Below, piece after piece: positions 20,166 to 30,430 of a stretch of DNA of 64,000 nucleotides. Numbering within the stretch: position 1 is the first letter of the stretch; every line of letters starts with the position of its first letter. A model generated the notes under the pieces. The model searched no databases and was not told the DNA's origin. It saw only the letters and a list, made by a program, of their open reading frames with translations. This stretch comes from Alphaproteobacteria bacterium. GTDB lineage: Bacteria; Pseudomonadota; Alphaproteobacteria; UBA8317. Made by a program: the position numbers and the translations under genes. The stretch covers positions 64,001 to 128,000 of the forward strand of contig JAYPQH010000032.1 of the NCBI GenBank assembly GCA_038131935.1. Direction: 5' to 3'.

Positions 20166-21218
20166 TTATAGCAGAAAAACACCCTTGCCATCTGATTGAC
20201 GATCAAACAGTTCATAAGCTTGTGAAGCATCGGAAAGAGACCAACGATGGGTAAATAGACTGTCACCATCAATTTGTCTTTCAGCAATAAAATCAGCGCA
20301 TGCAGCTTGCCCATTACGAGAGAAGGTCCACGACCCAATCAGCGTAACCTGCCTGCGTAATAGGTCTTTACTAACATCTAGCGTAACCTCTCCCCCTTCC
20401 CCAACAAAACATACTTTACCCCAAGTACGAACAGACTGAACTGCCTGTTGTCTTGCGAGTGGAGACGAGGACGCATCCAAGGTGGCATGTGCTCCTAAAC
20501 CTGATGTAACATCACGAATTGCAGAAACAACATCATCAACTTCCTTAGGGTTGATACAGATTTCAGCTCCCAGGCTTTTTGCCTTATGCAATCTCTCATT
20601 ATTTATATCTAAAGCAATAACCCGGCTTCCCATTGCAGCAGCAAGCTGGGTCGCAGCCAATCCAACAGGTCCTTGACCAAATATAGCGATGGTTTGATCA
20701 CCCTGAAGGGCCAAACGATGCAGAGCACCCCAAGCTGTTCCTGTCCCACATGAAATAGCAGCGCCTGTTTCAAAGGATAACTCTTCGCGAAGATGGACCA
20801 ATGTATTGGCAGGTGCTTTCATATATGGCGCATGTGCACCATGTCCCGTAACACCATAGACTTCTGCCACCCCATCGACACACAGCTGCATCCATCCAGT
20901 TGAACAATGGGGACAGTGCCCACAACCACGATAGTGATGTACCATGACGCGGTCACCAATCTTAACAAAATTGGGATCAACACCTGGACCAATCGCAACG
21001 ACTTCCCCACATGGTTCATGCCCGGCGATTACCTGAATATCCGCCCCGAGTCCCAGAGCCTTAATAGCCTCACCAGCAGGTGGACGATAAAACTTCAGGT
21101 CACTTCCACACATGCCTGAAGCTTTAATTGCCAAAACAACTTCTCCATGCCCAGGTGTAGGATCTGGAAATTCGATAAGCTCAACTGTTTTGTTTCCTGT
21201 GAAAACGACACCTCGCAT
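20166..21218 (-). CDS. Zn-dependent alcohol/polyol dehydrogenase (MDR)
   Basis: 'CGSDL', 'GHEPCG', 'CGHCPHC...C', 'GQGPVG'. Confidence 0.9.
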   Translation of the reverse strand: MRGVVFTGNKTVELIEFPDPTPGHGEVVLAIKASGMCGSDLKFYRPPAGEAIKALGLGADIQVIAGHEPCGEVVAIGPGVDPNFVKIGDRVMVHHYRGCGHCPHCSTGWMQLCVDGVAEVYGVTGHGAHAPYMKAPANTLVHLREELSFETGAAISCGTGTAWGALHRLALQGDQTIAIFGQGPVGLAATQLAAAMGSRVIALDINNERLHKAKSLGAEICINPKEVDDVVSAIRDVTSGLGAHATLDASSSPLARQQAVQSVRTWGKVCFVGEGGEVTLDVSKDLLRRQVTLIGSWTFSRNGQAACADFIAERQIDGDSLFTHRWSLSDASQAYELFDRQSDGKGVFLL

Positions 21219-21220
21219 GA

Positions 21221-22390
21221 TTACCCCCCAATTGTATGTGATGCTGTTGTGAAATGTTTTAAACAATCTCTATTGATTACGAGTCCAAGTCCAGGACGAA
21301 TTGGAATATCTAGCCATCCATTCTCATTACGTTCTAAGGCGTGGTCAACCAAATCTTGCCGGAATGGGTGATCAGATTGGTCAAATTCGAATATAGGCTC
21401 AAGTGGAAACAATTGATAATGAGCATGGGGTACAGATGCAATCGCTTGCAGGGATGCAGCTTGCGCAACCGCTGAGCCCCATACATGCGGATTAACACAA
21501 ACACCATGTGCCTGAGCGAGCGTTATGATATGGCGCAAAGCTGTTAATCCACCACACGACCCAAGATCAGGTTGCGCTATGTCAACCGCATTATGCATAA
21601 ACAGCTGTTGAAACCCGTATAAACCATGTTCGTTTTCACCACCGGCGATTGCAACATTCAATTCACTCCGCAACCGTGCATACCCCTTATAATCTTCTGG
21701 TGCTAATGGTTCTTCGTACCACCGAAGATTACATTCGCTTAGATACTCACCCAATTTACGAGCTTCTCTGTAACCATAGCCATGATTGGTATCCACCATC
21801 ATGGTTACATCTTTGCCATCAAGTGCCTGCCTGATGGCATCCATCACAGCTATATCATCATCCAGACCAAATCCAAGTTTTACCTTCATGAAGCGATAGC
21901 CATTGCTGTGATGGCGTATTGCTTCATCTGCAAGTCGCGTGGCTTCACCTTGACCATGTATTCGATAAAACCCAGTTGCATAAGGCTCTACTGAGGACCT
22001 GAAACTACCTCCCATCAGCTGACAGCAAGGCACATGAAAATATGTGCCCATGATATCCCACAATGCCATATCTATAGCACTTATGGCGGCCATTACACTT
22101 CCTTTACGACCATAATCACGCGTCCTGTGATACATTTCATGCCAAAGAACTTCGCAATCCAGCGGATTTTTTCCTACAATGAGAGGGGCCAAGGCGTGTG
22201 TGATCACGGCAGCAGATATTTCAGGAGGTTCCAAACCTTGAGAAAAAGCTTCTCCCCATCCCGTGATGCCCTCTGATGTTTCAATTTCCACCAATGTGGC
22301 ACATCTCTGTTTTACCCAACCTTGAGAAAATGCAAAGGGTGTTTCTAAGGGCGAACGTAAAACATAAACATGAATTTTGGTTATGATCAT
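21221..22390 (-). CDS. Enolase superfamily, D-galactarolactone cycloisomerase (Gci)-like
   Basis: 'YATGFY', 'KVKLGFG', 'DTNHGY', 'WYEEP', 'AGGE', 'PHVWG', 'EPIFEFDQS.HPFRQ' resemble Agrobacterium Gci as recalled. Confidence 0.8.
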   Translation of the reverse strand: MIITKIHVYVLRSPLETPFAFSQGWVKQRCATLVEIETSEGITGWGEAFSQGLEPPEISAAVITHALAPLIVGKNPLDCEVLWHEMYHRTRDYGRKGSVMAAISAIDMALWDIMGTYFHVPCCQLMGGSFRSSVEPYATGFYRIHGQGEATRLADEAIRHHSNGYRFMKVKLGFGLDDDIAVMDAIRQALDGKDVTMMVDTNHGYGYREARKLGEYLSECNLRWYEEPLAPEDYKGYARLRSELNVAIAGGENEHGLYGFQQLFMHNAVDIAQPDLGSCGGLTALRHIITLAQAHGVCVNPHVWGSAVAQAASLQAIASVPHAHYQLFPLEPIFEFDQSDHPFRQDLVDHALERNENGWLDIPIRPGLGLVINRDCLKHFTTASHTIGG

Positions 22391-23301
22391 GACTCTTCAC
22401 CGTGGCCTTTGCTGCCAACAATGCCTTTTGACCACAAAACAGGCTGCTCTGTGCCGTCATAATTCCCATAACCGGCTGCAATAGATTGACTAAAGCCTTC
22501 GATAGCTCCACTGGTTGTGGGCATCTCCATTCCAAGGCGATTCCCTTCGTGAAGCATCGATCGAAAATCTTTAACAATTGAATGAATATCAAATGCTGGT
22601 GGAATTTGCTCACCACCAGACAATCGTTTCGCTATATTGGGGCCTCTGGTCTTCAATACATTTGGCGCACCAGATGTATCCATCATAAGATTAATGAGTT
22701 GTTCAGGCTCAAGCTGCAATTCTTTTACAAGGCCTAAGGCCTCCCCAAAACTTTGCCAAAAGACCATCAATGGTAAATTGACACAAAGCTTCATGGCCGC
22801 ACCTGACCCAATAGGACCTACATGTTCATAACGCCTGCAAAGAGACGATAAAATTGGTTCAATTTTTTTTATATCTTCCGTGGTTCCACCCAAAAGACCC
22901 AACAATTTTCCTGTTCTTGCTGGGGTGACTGTTCCTCCAACGGGACATTCAATCATAATTCCTTTCTGTTCCCGGATAGCTGTACCCAAAGTACGTGTTT
23001 CCTCCGGAAGAACCGTGCTCATCTCCATAATGATCTTTCCATCAAGATCAGCGGATAAAACCCCACGAGATCCCCAGTAAATATCACGAATTGCATCATG
23101 ATTGGTCACAATGCTGATCACAACATCAACAGCCTTAACAAGGCTCTCAGGATCTTGAACAACACGCGCACCAGCTTGCTCAAGCGCTAAAGTTTTTGAT
23201 GCCGTTCGATTCCAAACCGACAGGTCGAAACCTTCATCTAAAAGTCGCAGTCCAATGGCATTTCCCATCCGACCAGTCCCCAATATACCAATGCTCAACA
23301 T
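22387..23301 (-). CDS. Beta-hydroxyacid dehydrogenase family (HIBADH/tartronate semialdehyde reductase-like)
   Basis: 'GTGRMG', 'WNRT', 'MSTV', 'ECPVGG', 'GSGAAMKLCVN'. Confidence 0.88.
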   Translation of the reverse strand: MLSIGILGTGRMGNAIGLRLLDEGFDLSVWNRTASKTLALEQAGARVVQDPESLVKAVDVVISIVTNHDAIRDIYWGSRGVLSADLDGKIIMEMSTVLPEETRTLGTAIREQKGIMIECPVGGTVTPARTGKLLGLLGGTTEDIKKIEPILSSLCRRYEHVGPIGSGAAMKLCVNLPLMVFWQSFGEALGLVKELQLEPEQLINLMMDTSGAPNVLKTRGPNIAKRLSGGEQIPPAFDIHSIVKDFRSMLHEGNRLGMEMPTTSGAIEGFSQSIAAGYGNYDGTEQPVLWSKGIVGSKGHGEES

Positions 23302-23365
23302 TTGCCACCTCTCCCTTGTTCATAAAAGTGTGGCGCAGCTGATTATGGATTGGCAATATGTATTA

Positions 23366-23998
23366 TCAGGGTTTCTTCTTTTGGTGCTCTACCATTTTTG
23401 ATGCCAATTTTGTAAGGCCACGTTGTTGAAACTGCTTTACCGCACCCATAACATCTGCATGGGCACGATTTTGGCTCAGTTTAGATTTTGCGATGATATC
23501 ACTGATCACTATACGCATACCAACAACAGCATTAATCATATTATCCATGTAATCTTTAGGGGCGTCAGCCATTCTCCAAGGGTCATGATCTGTTAGCATA
23601 CGTTCAAATTTTTGTGTCATACGCCCCACGATAGCACGTTTTTCTCGTTCCGAATGAATAAATTGCACATGACCTGACACATGAACCGCTTGATAATTCC
23701 AGGTCGGGACAGCACGGTGTGTATCCATCTTAGATGGATACCAATTAGGTGATACATATCCATCTGCACCTCTAAATATGATTTTGACCAGATCGTTATC
23801 ATGCAATTTTTTGTGTAAATCATTTGCTTTGGCAATATGTGCAACCAATGCACTCTTTCCATCCATAATCATGGGAATATGATGGACGATTATATCATCA
23901 TTCTTGCATGCAACAAACATAGCTAAAGGAAATTCATCTATGAGCTGTGTTATCTTTAAAAAATCTGTCTCGGAAAAAGCATCAGGTACATACATCAA
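23366..23998 (-). CDS. PaiB-like FMN-binding split-barrel protein
   Basis: 'MYVPDAF', 'GYVSPNWY', 'VPTWNY.AVH', 'KLSQNR'. Confidence 0.88.
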   Translation of the reverse strand: MMYVPDAFSETDFLKITQLIDEFPLAMFVACKNDDIIVHHIPMIMDGKSALVAHIAKANDLHKKLHDNDLVKIIFRGADGYVSPNWYPSKMDTHRAVPTWNYQAVHVSGHVQFIHSEREKRAIVGRMTQKFERMLTDHDPWRMADAPKDYMDNMINAVVGMRIVISDIIAKSKLSQNRAHADVMGAVKQFQQRGLTKLASKMVEHQKKKP

Positions 23999-24180
23999 AA
24001 ATCCCCCATCATGCCTATATTAACTATTAGCAAATTGTTTATGAAAGCCCCTATCAAAGGGTTTCTTGTCGCAAGTTTAGGCGCAAGAGGACCTGATAAA
24101 TACCCACCAAAGCATTAGGTTGGAATCTACAAACGCAGCAAGCATGCTTTTTAAAAATAAAAATTGTAAAAAGACAACAT

Positions 24181-24211
24181 AAAAAATGGCTCGCAATTTC
24201 TTGCAAACCAT
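24181..24211 (-). terminator. Intrinsic terminator of rplM-rpsI
   Basis: Minus strand ATGGTTTGCAA-GAAA-TTGCGAGCCAT followed by a T-run. Confidence 0.7.
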
Positions 24212-24242
24212 TGTTTTTGTAATATTTTCTGCAAATACAGAA

Positions 24243-24731
24243 TTAACGCTTTGAGAACTGGAAGCTTCTTCTGGCCTTAGCCCGACCATACTTCTTCCGT
24301 TCCACTGTACGAGCGTCACGGGTCAAGAACCCTTCTTTCTTTAAAACTGGACGAAGATCAGGCTCAAACAAAGTAAGAGCTTTGGAAATACCATGACGTA
24401 CAGCTCCTGCCTGACCAGACAGACCGCCACCAGTGACCGTACACATGACATCAAACTGACCAAGTCTATCGGTCAATTTAAAGGGTTGATTAATGATCAT
24501 ACGCAACACAGGCCGTGCAAAGTATGTGTCTTGATCACGACCATTAACTGTTATCCGGCCTGAACCAGCTTTGATCCAAACTCTTGCAATCGCATCTTTT
24601 CTTTTACCTGTGGCATAAGAACGGCCCAACTCATCTACCACACGCTCACGCACGATAGGCAAAGATTCCTCAGGAGCTTCTACCCCATCTAAGTTAGCCA
24701 AATCTTCAAAACTCTTTGTTTCGCTGGACAT
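24243..24731 (-). CDS. rpsI: 30S ribosomal protein S9
   Basis: 'YATGKRK', '[10 protein letters not shown]', 'RRSFQFSKR'. Confidence 0.98.
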   Translation of the reverse strand: MSSETKSFEDLANLDGVEAPEESLPIVRERVVDELGRSYATGKRKDAIARVWIKAGSGRITVNGRDQDTYFARPVLRMIINQPFKLTDRLGQFDVMCTVTGGGLSGQAGAVRHGISKALTLFEPDLRPVLKKEGFLTRDARTVERKKYGRAKARRSFQFSKR

Positions 24732-25196
24732 CAACCAATCCTCGTATTTTTCTTGTTCAAAGAAGCAACATCAAGCAATTCAGGCTTCTGCGCTTCATGT
24801 GGGTGCTCCTGACCTGCATAGACCTTGAGGTTTGACAATTGACGACGGGTCAATGGTCCCCCCTGGCATCATACGCTGTACAGCCTTCATCAAAACACGC
24901 TCAGGAAATTTACCATCTAGCAATTTATCAGCTGTACGTGACTTGATTCCACCTGGAAATCCAGTGTGCCAATAATATGTCTTTTGGTCACGCTTGTTAC
25001 CTGTAAACCTTACTTTGTCAGCATTCACCACAATGACATTATCGCCGCAATCCATATGAGGCGTGTAGCTTGGCTTATGCTTACCGCGAAGTCGAATGGC
25101 AATGAGCGCAGCGAGTCGGCCGACGACCAACCCCTCCGCGTCGATCATAATCCATTTTTTTTCGATCTCCGACGGTTTTGCGGAGTAGGTCTTCAT
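24731..25196 (-). CDS. rplM: 50S ribosomal protein L13 (extra base in a C6/G6 run near 24860; probable assembly error)
   Basis: '[15 protein letters not shown]'; removing one G gives '[28 protein letters not shown]...' ending in a TGA that overlaps the rpsI ATG. Confidence 0.96.
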
Positions 25197-25241
25197 TCTT
25201 TAAATCCCCCAGAACAAGATATGTAATCACTAATTTGGAGC

Positions 25242-25270
25242 GCAATAGACAGTTTCGCCTCACACGTCAA
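25242..25270 (-). promoter_or_regulatory. Candidate sigma70 promoter of rplM-rpsI
   Basis: TTGACG-17 nt-TATTGC on the minus strand, about 45 nt upstream of rplM. Confidence 0.45.
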
Positions 25271-25342
25271 GTGTTCTTAAAGTGCAAAATTATCATTTTT
25301 TTGTTTAAAAACAATAAGTAAAAATTACGGTATTATTTTACC

Positions 25343-26389
25343 TCATCTTGCTGTGCGAAAAAACAAAGGATGACTGCGTGCCACGGTATCAACGGTCACC
25401 AAAAATAACGCGATGCCTACCAATTGATGCAAAGCGGCAAGCCAAATATGCTGGTATGCAGCAACAGTTATCAACGTAATAATACCAAGAACAATTTGAA
25501 GACAAAGAATTGTTAGAAAAACCTTCGCCTGCAATGGAAGAACTTTTTTCATATTCCAAAACAACCAAAAACCGAACAACAAGACGATATATGCCAACCA
25601 ACGATGATTGAATTGGACCGTCATGAGGTCCTCAAAATGAGAGCGCAAATAGCTTGGATCCTGATAGACTCCCTCAGGTATGATGGAACCATCCATTAGG
25701 GGCCAAGTATTATAGGTCATCCCAGCATCGGTACCCGCGACAAAAGCCCCTGATATAATCTGTAGATAAAGGAGAACGAGGAATAGTAATGACTTAGCTT
25801 TAACACCTCGGACTGGATTTTTTACAATTCTTGAACGTGCTGCATGATAAACAAGGCCCAAGAGGATGACCGCCATACCCAGATGCAGCGCCAGACGATA
25901 AGCGCTCACATCTAAGCGCGTTTCCACCACACCACTTTCAACCATGAACCAGCCCAAAAAGCCTTGAAACCCACCTAAGAAAAGAAGGCACACAAGATAT
26001 AAGAGCCACCTTCCTCTGATGTAACCCAGTGCCGCAAACACAACCAGAGGAATAAAAAAGGCTATACCTATCACACGTCCTAATTGACGATGCCCCCACT
26101 CCCACCAATAAATGAATTTAAACTCTTCAAGACTCATTCCAGCATTTTGGTATTGATACTCAGCTATCTGTTTGTACTGCTCAAATGCTATCATCCAATC
26201 TTCAAGATTTAACGGCGGTATCGCTCCAGCAATCGGTGCCCACTCCGTGATCGACAAACCCGAGTCTGTAAGCCTTGTCAAACCGCCCACAACGACCATC
26301 ATAACAATGAGAAATGACATCATGAATAGCCAGTAGGTGACAAATTGATTTTTATGCATCATCACGTCTCTTTCGATATGAATGGTCAT
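25343..26389 (-). CDS. ctaA: Heme A synthase (COX15/CtaA type 2)
   Basis: 'GGLTRLTDSGLSITEW', 'FIYWWEWGHR', 'RLALHL', 'VQFNHR', 'HQ'. Confidence 0.95.
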   Translation of the reverse strand: MTIHIERDVMMHKNQFVTYWLFMMSFLIVMMVVVGGLTRLTDSGLSITEWAPIAGAIPPLNLEDWMIAFEQYKQIAEYQYQNAGMSLEEFKFIYWWEWGHRQLGRVIGIAFFIPLVVFAALGYIRGRWLLYLVCLLFLGGFQGFLGWFMVESGVVETRLDVSAYRLALHLGMAVILLGLVYHAARSRIVKNPVRGVKAKSLLFLVLLYLQIISGAFVAGTDAGMTYNTWPLMDGSIIPEGVYQDPSYLRSHFEDLMTVQFNHRWLAYIVLLFGFWLFWNMKKVLPLQAKVFLTILCLQIVLGIITLITVAAYQHIWLAALHQLVGIALFLVTVDTVARSHPLFFRTAR

Positions 26390-26442
26390 TCTTTCAAGTG
26401 CGCCTACATATATTCAAACATGCAATAAAACGAGGTGACGTT

Positions 26443-26634
26443 TTGACCAAAAACTACAGAAAATTGGTTTTCGCATTTCTGATCGTATTTTATTTAATCC
26501 TCTATGCACTTCTATTCATGAATATTTACGCATGGATAGGACGCCTTCCCCTTCTCCTGGAATTGGCTTTTTTTACAATAGCAGGCATTGCTTGGGTTTT
26601 CCCACTTAAGCCCGTTCTGCGCTGGGTATCCTGA
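26443..26634 (+). CDS. DUF2842-like small membrane protein
   Basis: Two TM segments, 'FF.IAGIAWVFP'; divergent from ctaA as is usual in alphaproteobacteria; GAGG RBS before TTG. Confidence 0.75.
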   Translation: MTKNYRKLVFAFLIVFYLILYALLFMNIYAWIGRLPLLLELAFFTIAGIAWVFPLKPVLRWVS

Positions 26635-26659
26635 GGTGAGCCCGTTAAGTCAAATGAGT

Positions 26660-28285
26660 TTAACCAGAGGTCTTAACACGATCACGCAACAAAAATTTTT
26701 GTATCTTGCCTGTTGATGTTTTGGGTATTTCTGTGAATTCAAAGTGTTTGGGACATTTGTAGCGGGCCAAATTTTCCTGACAAAACGCTAACAGTTCTGC
26801 TCCATCAGAGGTTTTTCCAGGACGAAGCTCGATGAACGCATAAGGTGTTTCACCCCATTTTTCATCTGGCTTGGCAACAACAGCCACTGCGGCAACCGCT
26901 GGATGTTTGTACAAAACGTCTTCAACTTCAATAGATGAAATATTTTCACCACCTGAAATAATGATATCTTTTGATCGATCTCTCAATTGAACATAACCAT
27001 CAGGATACCAAACACCCAAGTCACCGGTATGGAACCATCCACCACGGAAAGCCTCATCAGTTGCTTGAGGATTTTTCAAATATCCTTTCATGGTCACATT
27101 CCCACGGATCATAACCTCCCCCATACTTTCACCGTCCTGGGGCAGCATTTTCATATGTTCAGGGTCCATGACGCAGATGTCTTCTTGTACAGAATAGTTT
27201 AGCCCTTGCCTTGCCATAAGTGTGGCTTGCTCTTCTAATGACAGTTCATTCCAAGATTCTTGCCATTCACAAACAACAGCTGGACCATATATTTCCGTCA
27301 AGCCATATACATGAGTGATTGCAAAACCAGCTTTTTTCATATCTCCTAAAACGGCTGCTGGTGGTGGTGCTGCAGCTGTCATCATGGCCACCTCATGCTC
27401 GTGATGCACCCTACCCTCTGCAACTTCAGCCAGCATCATTTGCATAATTATAGGCGCTCCGCACATATGCGTTACATGCTCACGAGCAATAGCATCCATG
27501 ATGTCGGCACCTGAGATATCTCGCAAGCAGACATGAACACCTGCACGCTCAGTCACTGTCCAAGGAAAGCACCAACCATTGCAATGAAACATGGGCAACG
27601 TCCAAAGGTAACGCGCATGCTTTGGCATATCCCATGTCAGGATATTTCCAAGGGCATTCATATATGCACCTCGATAATGATACACGACCCCCTTGGGATT
27701 TCCTGTTGTGCCAGAGGTGTAGTTCAAAGCTATAGCATCCCATTCATCATCAATGGTGGGATATTCGACGTGGTCTGGAGCCGCTTCAAGAAACTCCTCA
27801 TATGTCTGGTAATCACCTGTGGCTTCTTGACCAGCAATCTCATCAACAATTTGTATGAGTTTTACAGGATGGCTCACATGATCCAATGCAGCCTTAACCA
27901 CATCCGTCAAAGCACTGTCGAATAAAAGCACCTGTGCCTCACCATGTTCCAAAATGAAGCCCACAGTTTTCGCATCAAGTCTGGTGTTGATCGTGTTTAA
28001 GACGCCACCCGCCATGGGCACACCAAAATGAGCTTCAAACATCTGCGGAATATTTGGGGCGAATACGGATACTGTTTGGTTTTTTGTCACCCCAGCATCA
28101 ATCAATGCCCTTGCCAGCCTCTCACATCTATTTAAGGCGAATGCATAATCATATCGTTGACTTTTATAGGCCACGGCTTGCCGATTTGGAAACGCACGAG
28201 CGGTTCTGTACAAAAAGCTTACTGGATTTAAGGGTTGGTAATTGGCGCTATTTTTACCAAGGCCCACAAGATATGCATCAGACAT
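26660..28285 (-). CDS. Acyl-CoA synthetase (short/medium chain; AAE7/DmdB1-like subfamily)
   Basis: 'ANYQPL.PVSFL', 'YTSGTTGNPKG', 'LPMFHCNGW', 'YGLTE', 'PKTSTGKIQK'. Confidence 0.9.
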   Translation of the reverse strand: MSDAYLVGLGKNSANYQPLNPVSFLYRTARAFPNRQAVAYKSQRYDYAFALNRCERLARALIDAGVTKNQTVSVFAPNIPQMFEAHFGVPMAGGVLNTINTRLDAKTVGFILEHGEAQVLLFDSALTDVVKAALDHVSHPVKLIQIVDEIAGQEATGDYQTYEEFLEAAPDHVEYPTIDDEWDAIALNYTSGTTGNPKGVVYHYRGAYMNALGNILTWDMPKHARYLWTLPMFHCNGWCFPWTVTERAGVHVCLRDISGADIMDAIAREHVTHMCGAPIIMQMMLAEVAEGRVHHEHEVAMMTAAAPPPAAVLGDMKKAGFAITHVYGLTEIYGPAVVCEWQESWNELSLEEQATLMARQGLNYSVQEDICVMDPEHMKMLPQDGESMGEVMIRGNVTMKGYLKNPQATDEAFRGGWFHTGDLGVWYPDGYVQLRDRSKDIIISGGENISSIEVEDVLYKHPAVAAVAVVAKPDEKWGETPYAFIELRPGKTSDGAELLAFCQENLARYKCPKHFEFTEIPKTSTGKIQKFLLRDRVKTSG

Positions 28286-28425
28286 TGGCCTCTCCTTTTT
28301 GTGGTGATGATCATGAGCATTACTTAGATGCCTTTTTAGGCAGCATTCAAGCCCTACAAATGTCTGTGGACAATGTCACTCAAATAGAAAATATTGATTC
28401 ATGGTTCATGGCCTTGGAGGATAAA

Positions 28426-29214
28426 ATGGCAATTGTTTACAACCACACCAAACAAACACTCGCGGAAGGAAAACTGGCCCTAGGGGTTGGATTGAGACAA
28501 GCTCGTACGGTGGATATTGGCAAAATCCTCAAGACAGCAGGCTTTGACTGGCTGTTCATAGACATGGAACATAATGCGATGACGATTGATACCGCAACGC
28601 AAATCGCCGTAGCTGGCCAAGACGCAGGCATCACACCATTGGTTCGCGTTCCTGGTTTTGAACATCATCACGCGAGCCGCGCCTTAGATTGTGGTGCACA
28701 GGGTATTGTAGCCCCTCACGTAGATGATGCAGAGACAGCAGCACGCATCGTTTCGGCCTGCCGCTACCCCCCTCATGGGAAAAGATCTATGACTGGTGGC
28801 CTACCCCAGTTGGACTTTGTCCCAACCCCGTTAAATGAGACGGTACAGGTCATAAATGATTCTACATTGGTTGTGGTCATGGTTGAAAGCCCTGAGGCCG
28901 TTGCAAACGCCGATGCGCTTGCCGCCACAGAGGGCGTAGATATTGTATTGATTGGGACGAACGACTTATGCATGGAAATGGGCATTCCAGGACAATTTGA
29001 TCATGATAAAGTAGCAGATGCCTATGCTCGCGTGGGAGAGGCGTGCAAAAAGCACAAAAAAACCCTCGGTATGGGTGGGGTCTATAATCCAGTTCTCATG
29101 GAAAAATATATTGGATTGGGTGCTAGGTTTATTCTGTCAGGAAGCGATCTTAGCTTTCTTATGTCAGGCGCAAGTGCGAGGGCTCAAGAACTCCGAGCCC
29201 TCAGTATTTCGTAA
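28426..29214 (+). CDS. HpcH/HpaI class II aldolase family
   Basis: 'FDWLFIDMEH', 'LVRVP', 'VMVES', 'IGTNDL'; GGAGG RBS before ATG 28426. Confidence 0.88.
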   Translation: MAIVYNHTKQTLAEGKLALGVGLRQARTVDIGKILKTAGFDWLFIDMEHNAMTIDTATQIAVAGQDAGITPLVRVPGFEHHHASRALDCGAQGIVAPHVDDAETAARIVSACRYPPHGKRSMTGGLPQLDFVPTPLNETVQVINDSTLVVVMVESPEAVANADALAATEGVDIVLIGTNDLCMEMGIPGQFDHDKVADAYARVGEACKKHKKTLGMGGVYNPVLMEKYIGLGARFILSGSDLSFLMSGASARAQELRALSIS

Positions 29215-29221
29215 TCGCACG

Positions 29222-30298
29222 TTAGCTTAAACGATCAGCGACCGCTTGCCCACAAGCCACAGTGGTCGCTGAACCTCCGAGATCTCCAGTACGCAGAGCT
29301 TCCTCAGCCAAGGTATCAGAAATTGCTGTAACCATAGCATCAGCAGCATCCTTATGGCCTAAATGCTCCAACATCATCGCTCCAGCCCAAATTTGCCCAA
29401 TGGGATTTGCAATGCCCTGACCCGCTATATCGGGTGCTGAGCCATGTACGGGTTCGAACAATGATGGGAAGTCACCCTCGGGGTTGATATTACCAGAAGG
29501 TGCGATACCAATTGTACCAGTACATGCAGGGCCAAGATCCGAGAGAATATCACCAAACAAGTTGGATCCCACAACAACATCAAAAATTTGAGGTCTTAAA
29601 ACGAAGTGGGCACAGAGAATATCGATATGATATTTGTCTACCTGCACATCGGGATATTGAGCTTGCATGGCAGCAACGCGCTCATCCCAGTATGGCATAG
29701 ATATGGATATCCCATTTGACTTTGTAGCCGATGTCAGATGCTTACGCTCCCGTCTCTGCGCCAAATCGAAAGCATATTTAAGAATGCGATCAACACCAGT
29801 ACGGGTCATAACAGTTTCCTGTACGACAAATTCCCTATCCGTTCCCTCGAACATTCTGCCGCCAATGGAACTATACTCACCCTCTGTATTTTCTCTAACA
29901 ATCCAGAAGTCTATGTCACCTGGATTGCGGCCAGCGAGAGGGGAAGGAACACCAGGCATCAATCGAACAGGTCGAAGGTTAACATATTGCTCGAATTCGC
30001 GACGGAACATCAACAAAGAGCCCCACAAAGATATGTGGTCAGGGATCTCCGCAGGCCAACCTACAGCGCCAAAATAGATGGCGTCATGGGCTGTGAGCGT
30101 TGGCTTCCAGTCGTCAGGCAGCATTTGACCATGTTTTTTGTAATAATCAACGCTAGAAAAATCATATTCGGTGAATTCCAAATTGATGCCAAAGCGCTTC
30201 CCAACTGCTTCTAATGCGCGCAAACCCTCTGGCATTACTTCTTTACCAATACCATCACCTGCAATGACAGCGATCGAATATTTATTTTTACGTTCCAT
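29222..30298 (-). CDS. ttuC: Tartrate dehydrogenase/decarboxylase (D-malate dehydrogenase DmlA-like)
   Basis: 'GDGIGKEV.PEG', 'PDHISLWG', 'RENTEGEYS', 'TKSNGISISMPYWD', 'EPVHGSAPDI'. Confidence 0.9.
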   Translation of the reverse strand: MERKNKYSIAVIAGDGIGKEVMPEGLRALEAVGKRFGINLEFTEYDFSSVDYYKKHGQMLPDDWKPTLTAHDAIYFGAVGWPAEIPDHISLWGSLLMFRREFEQYVNLRPVRLMPGVPSPLAGRNPGDIDFWIVRENTEGEYSSIGGRMFEGTDREFVVQETVMTRTGVDRILKYAFDLAQRRERKHLTSATKSNGISISMPYWDERVAAMQAQYPDVQVDKYHIDILCAHFVLRPQIFDVVVGSNLFGDILSDLGPACTGTIGIAPSGNINPEGDFPSLFEPVHGSAPDIAGQGIANPIGQIWAGAMMLEHLGHKDAADAMVTAISDTLAEEALRTGDLGGSATTVACGQAVADRLS

Positions 30299-30430
30299 GT
30301 TTTCAAACACTCCCTTTATGACATACGGGCGTTACGTTAGAAAGACTCGCACTATCTGTCGAGTCTTGTCAGACAGAATTGGTTCATTAAGCTGTAAAAA
30401 GTCGCAACCTAAACTCAAAAGGAGGCCACG

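Noticed and set aside
24731-25196. Programmed frameshift or pseudogene in rplM (and likewise nusB)
   Set aside because: The shifts lie in homopolymer runs and restore fully conserved C-termini; assembly error is simpler
28054-28425. 124-aa N-terminal extension of the HpcH aldolase
   Set aside because: Overlaps the divergent acyl-CoA synthetase; a GGAGG RBS precedes ATG 28426
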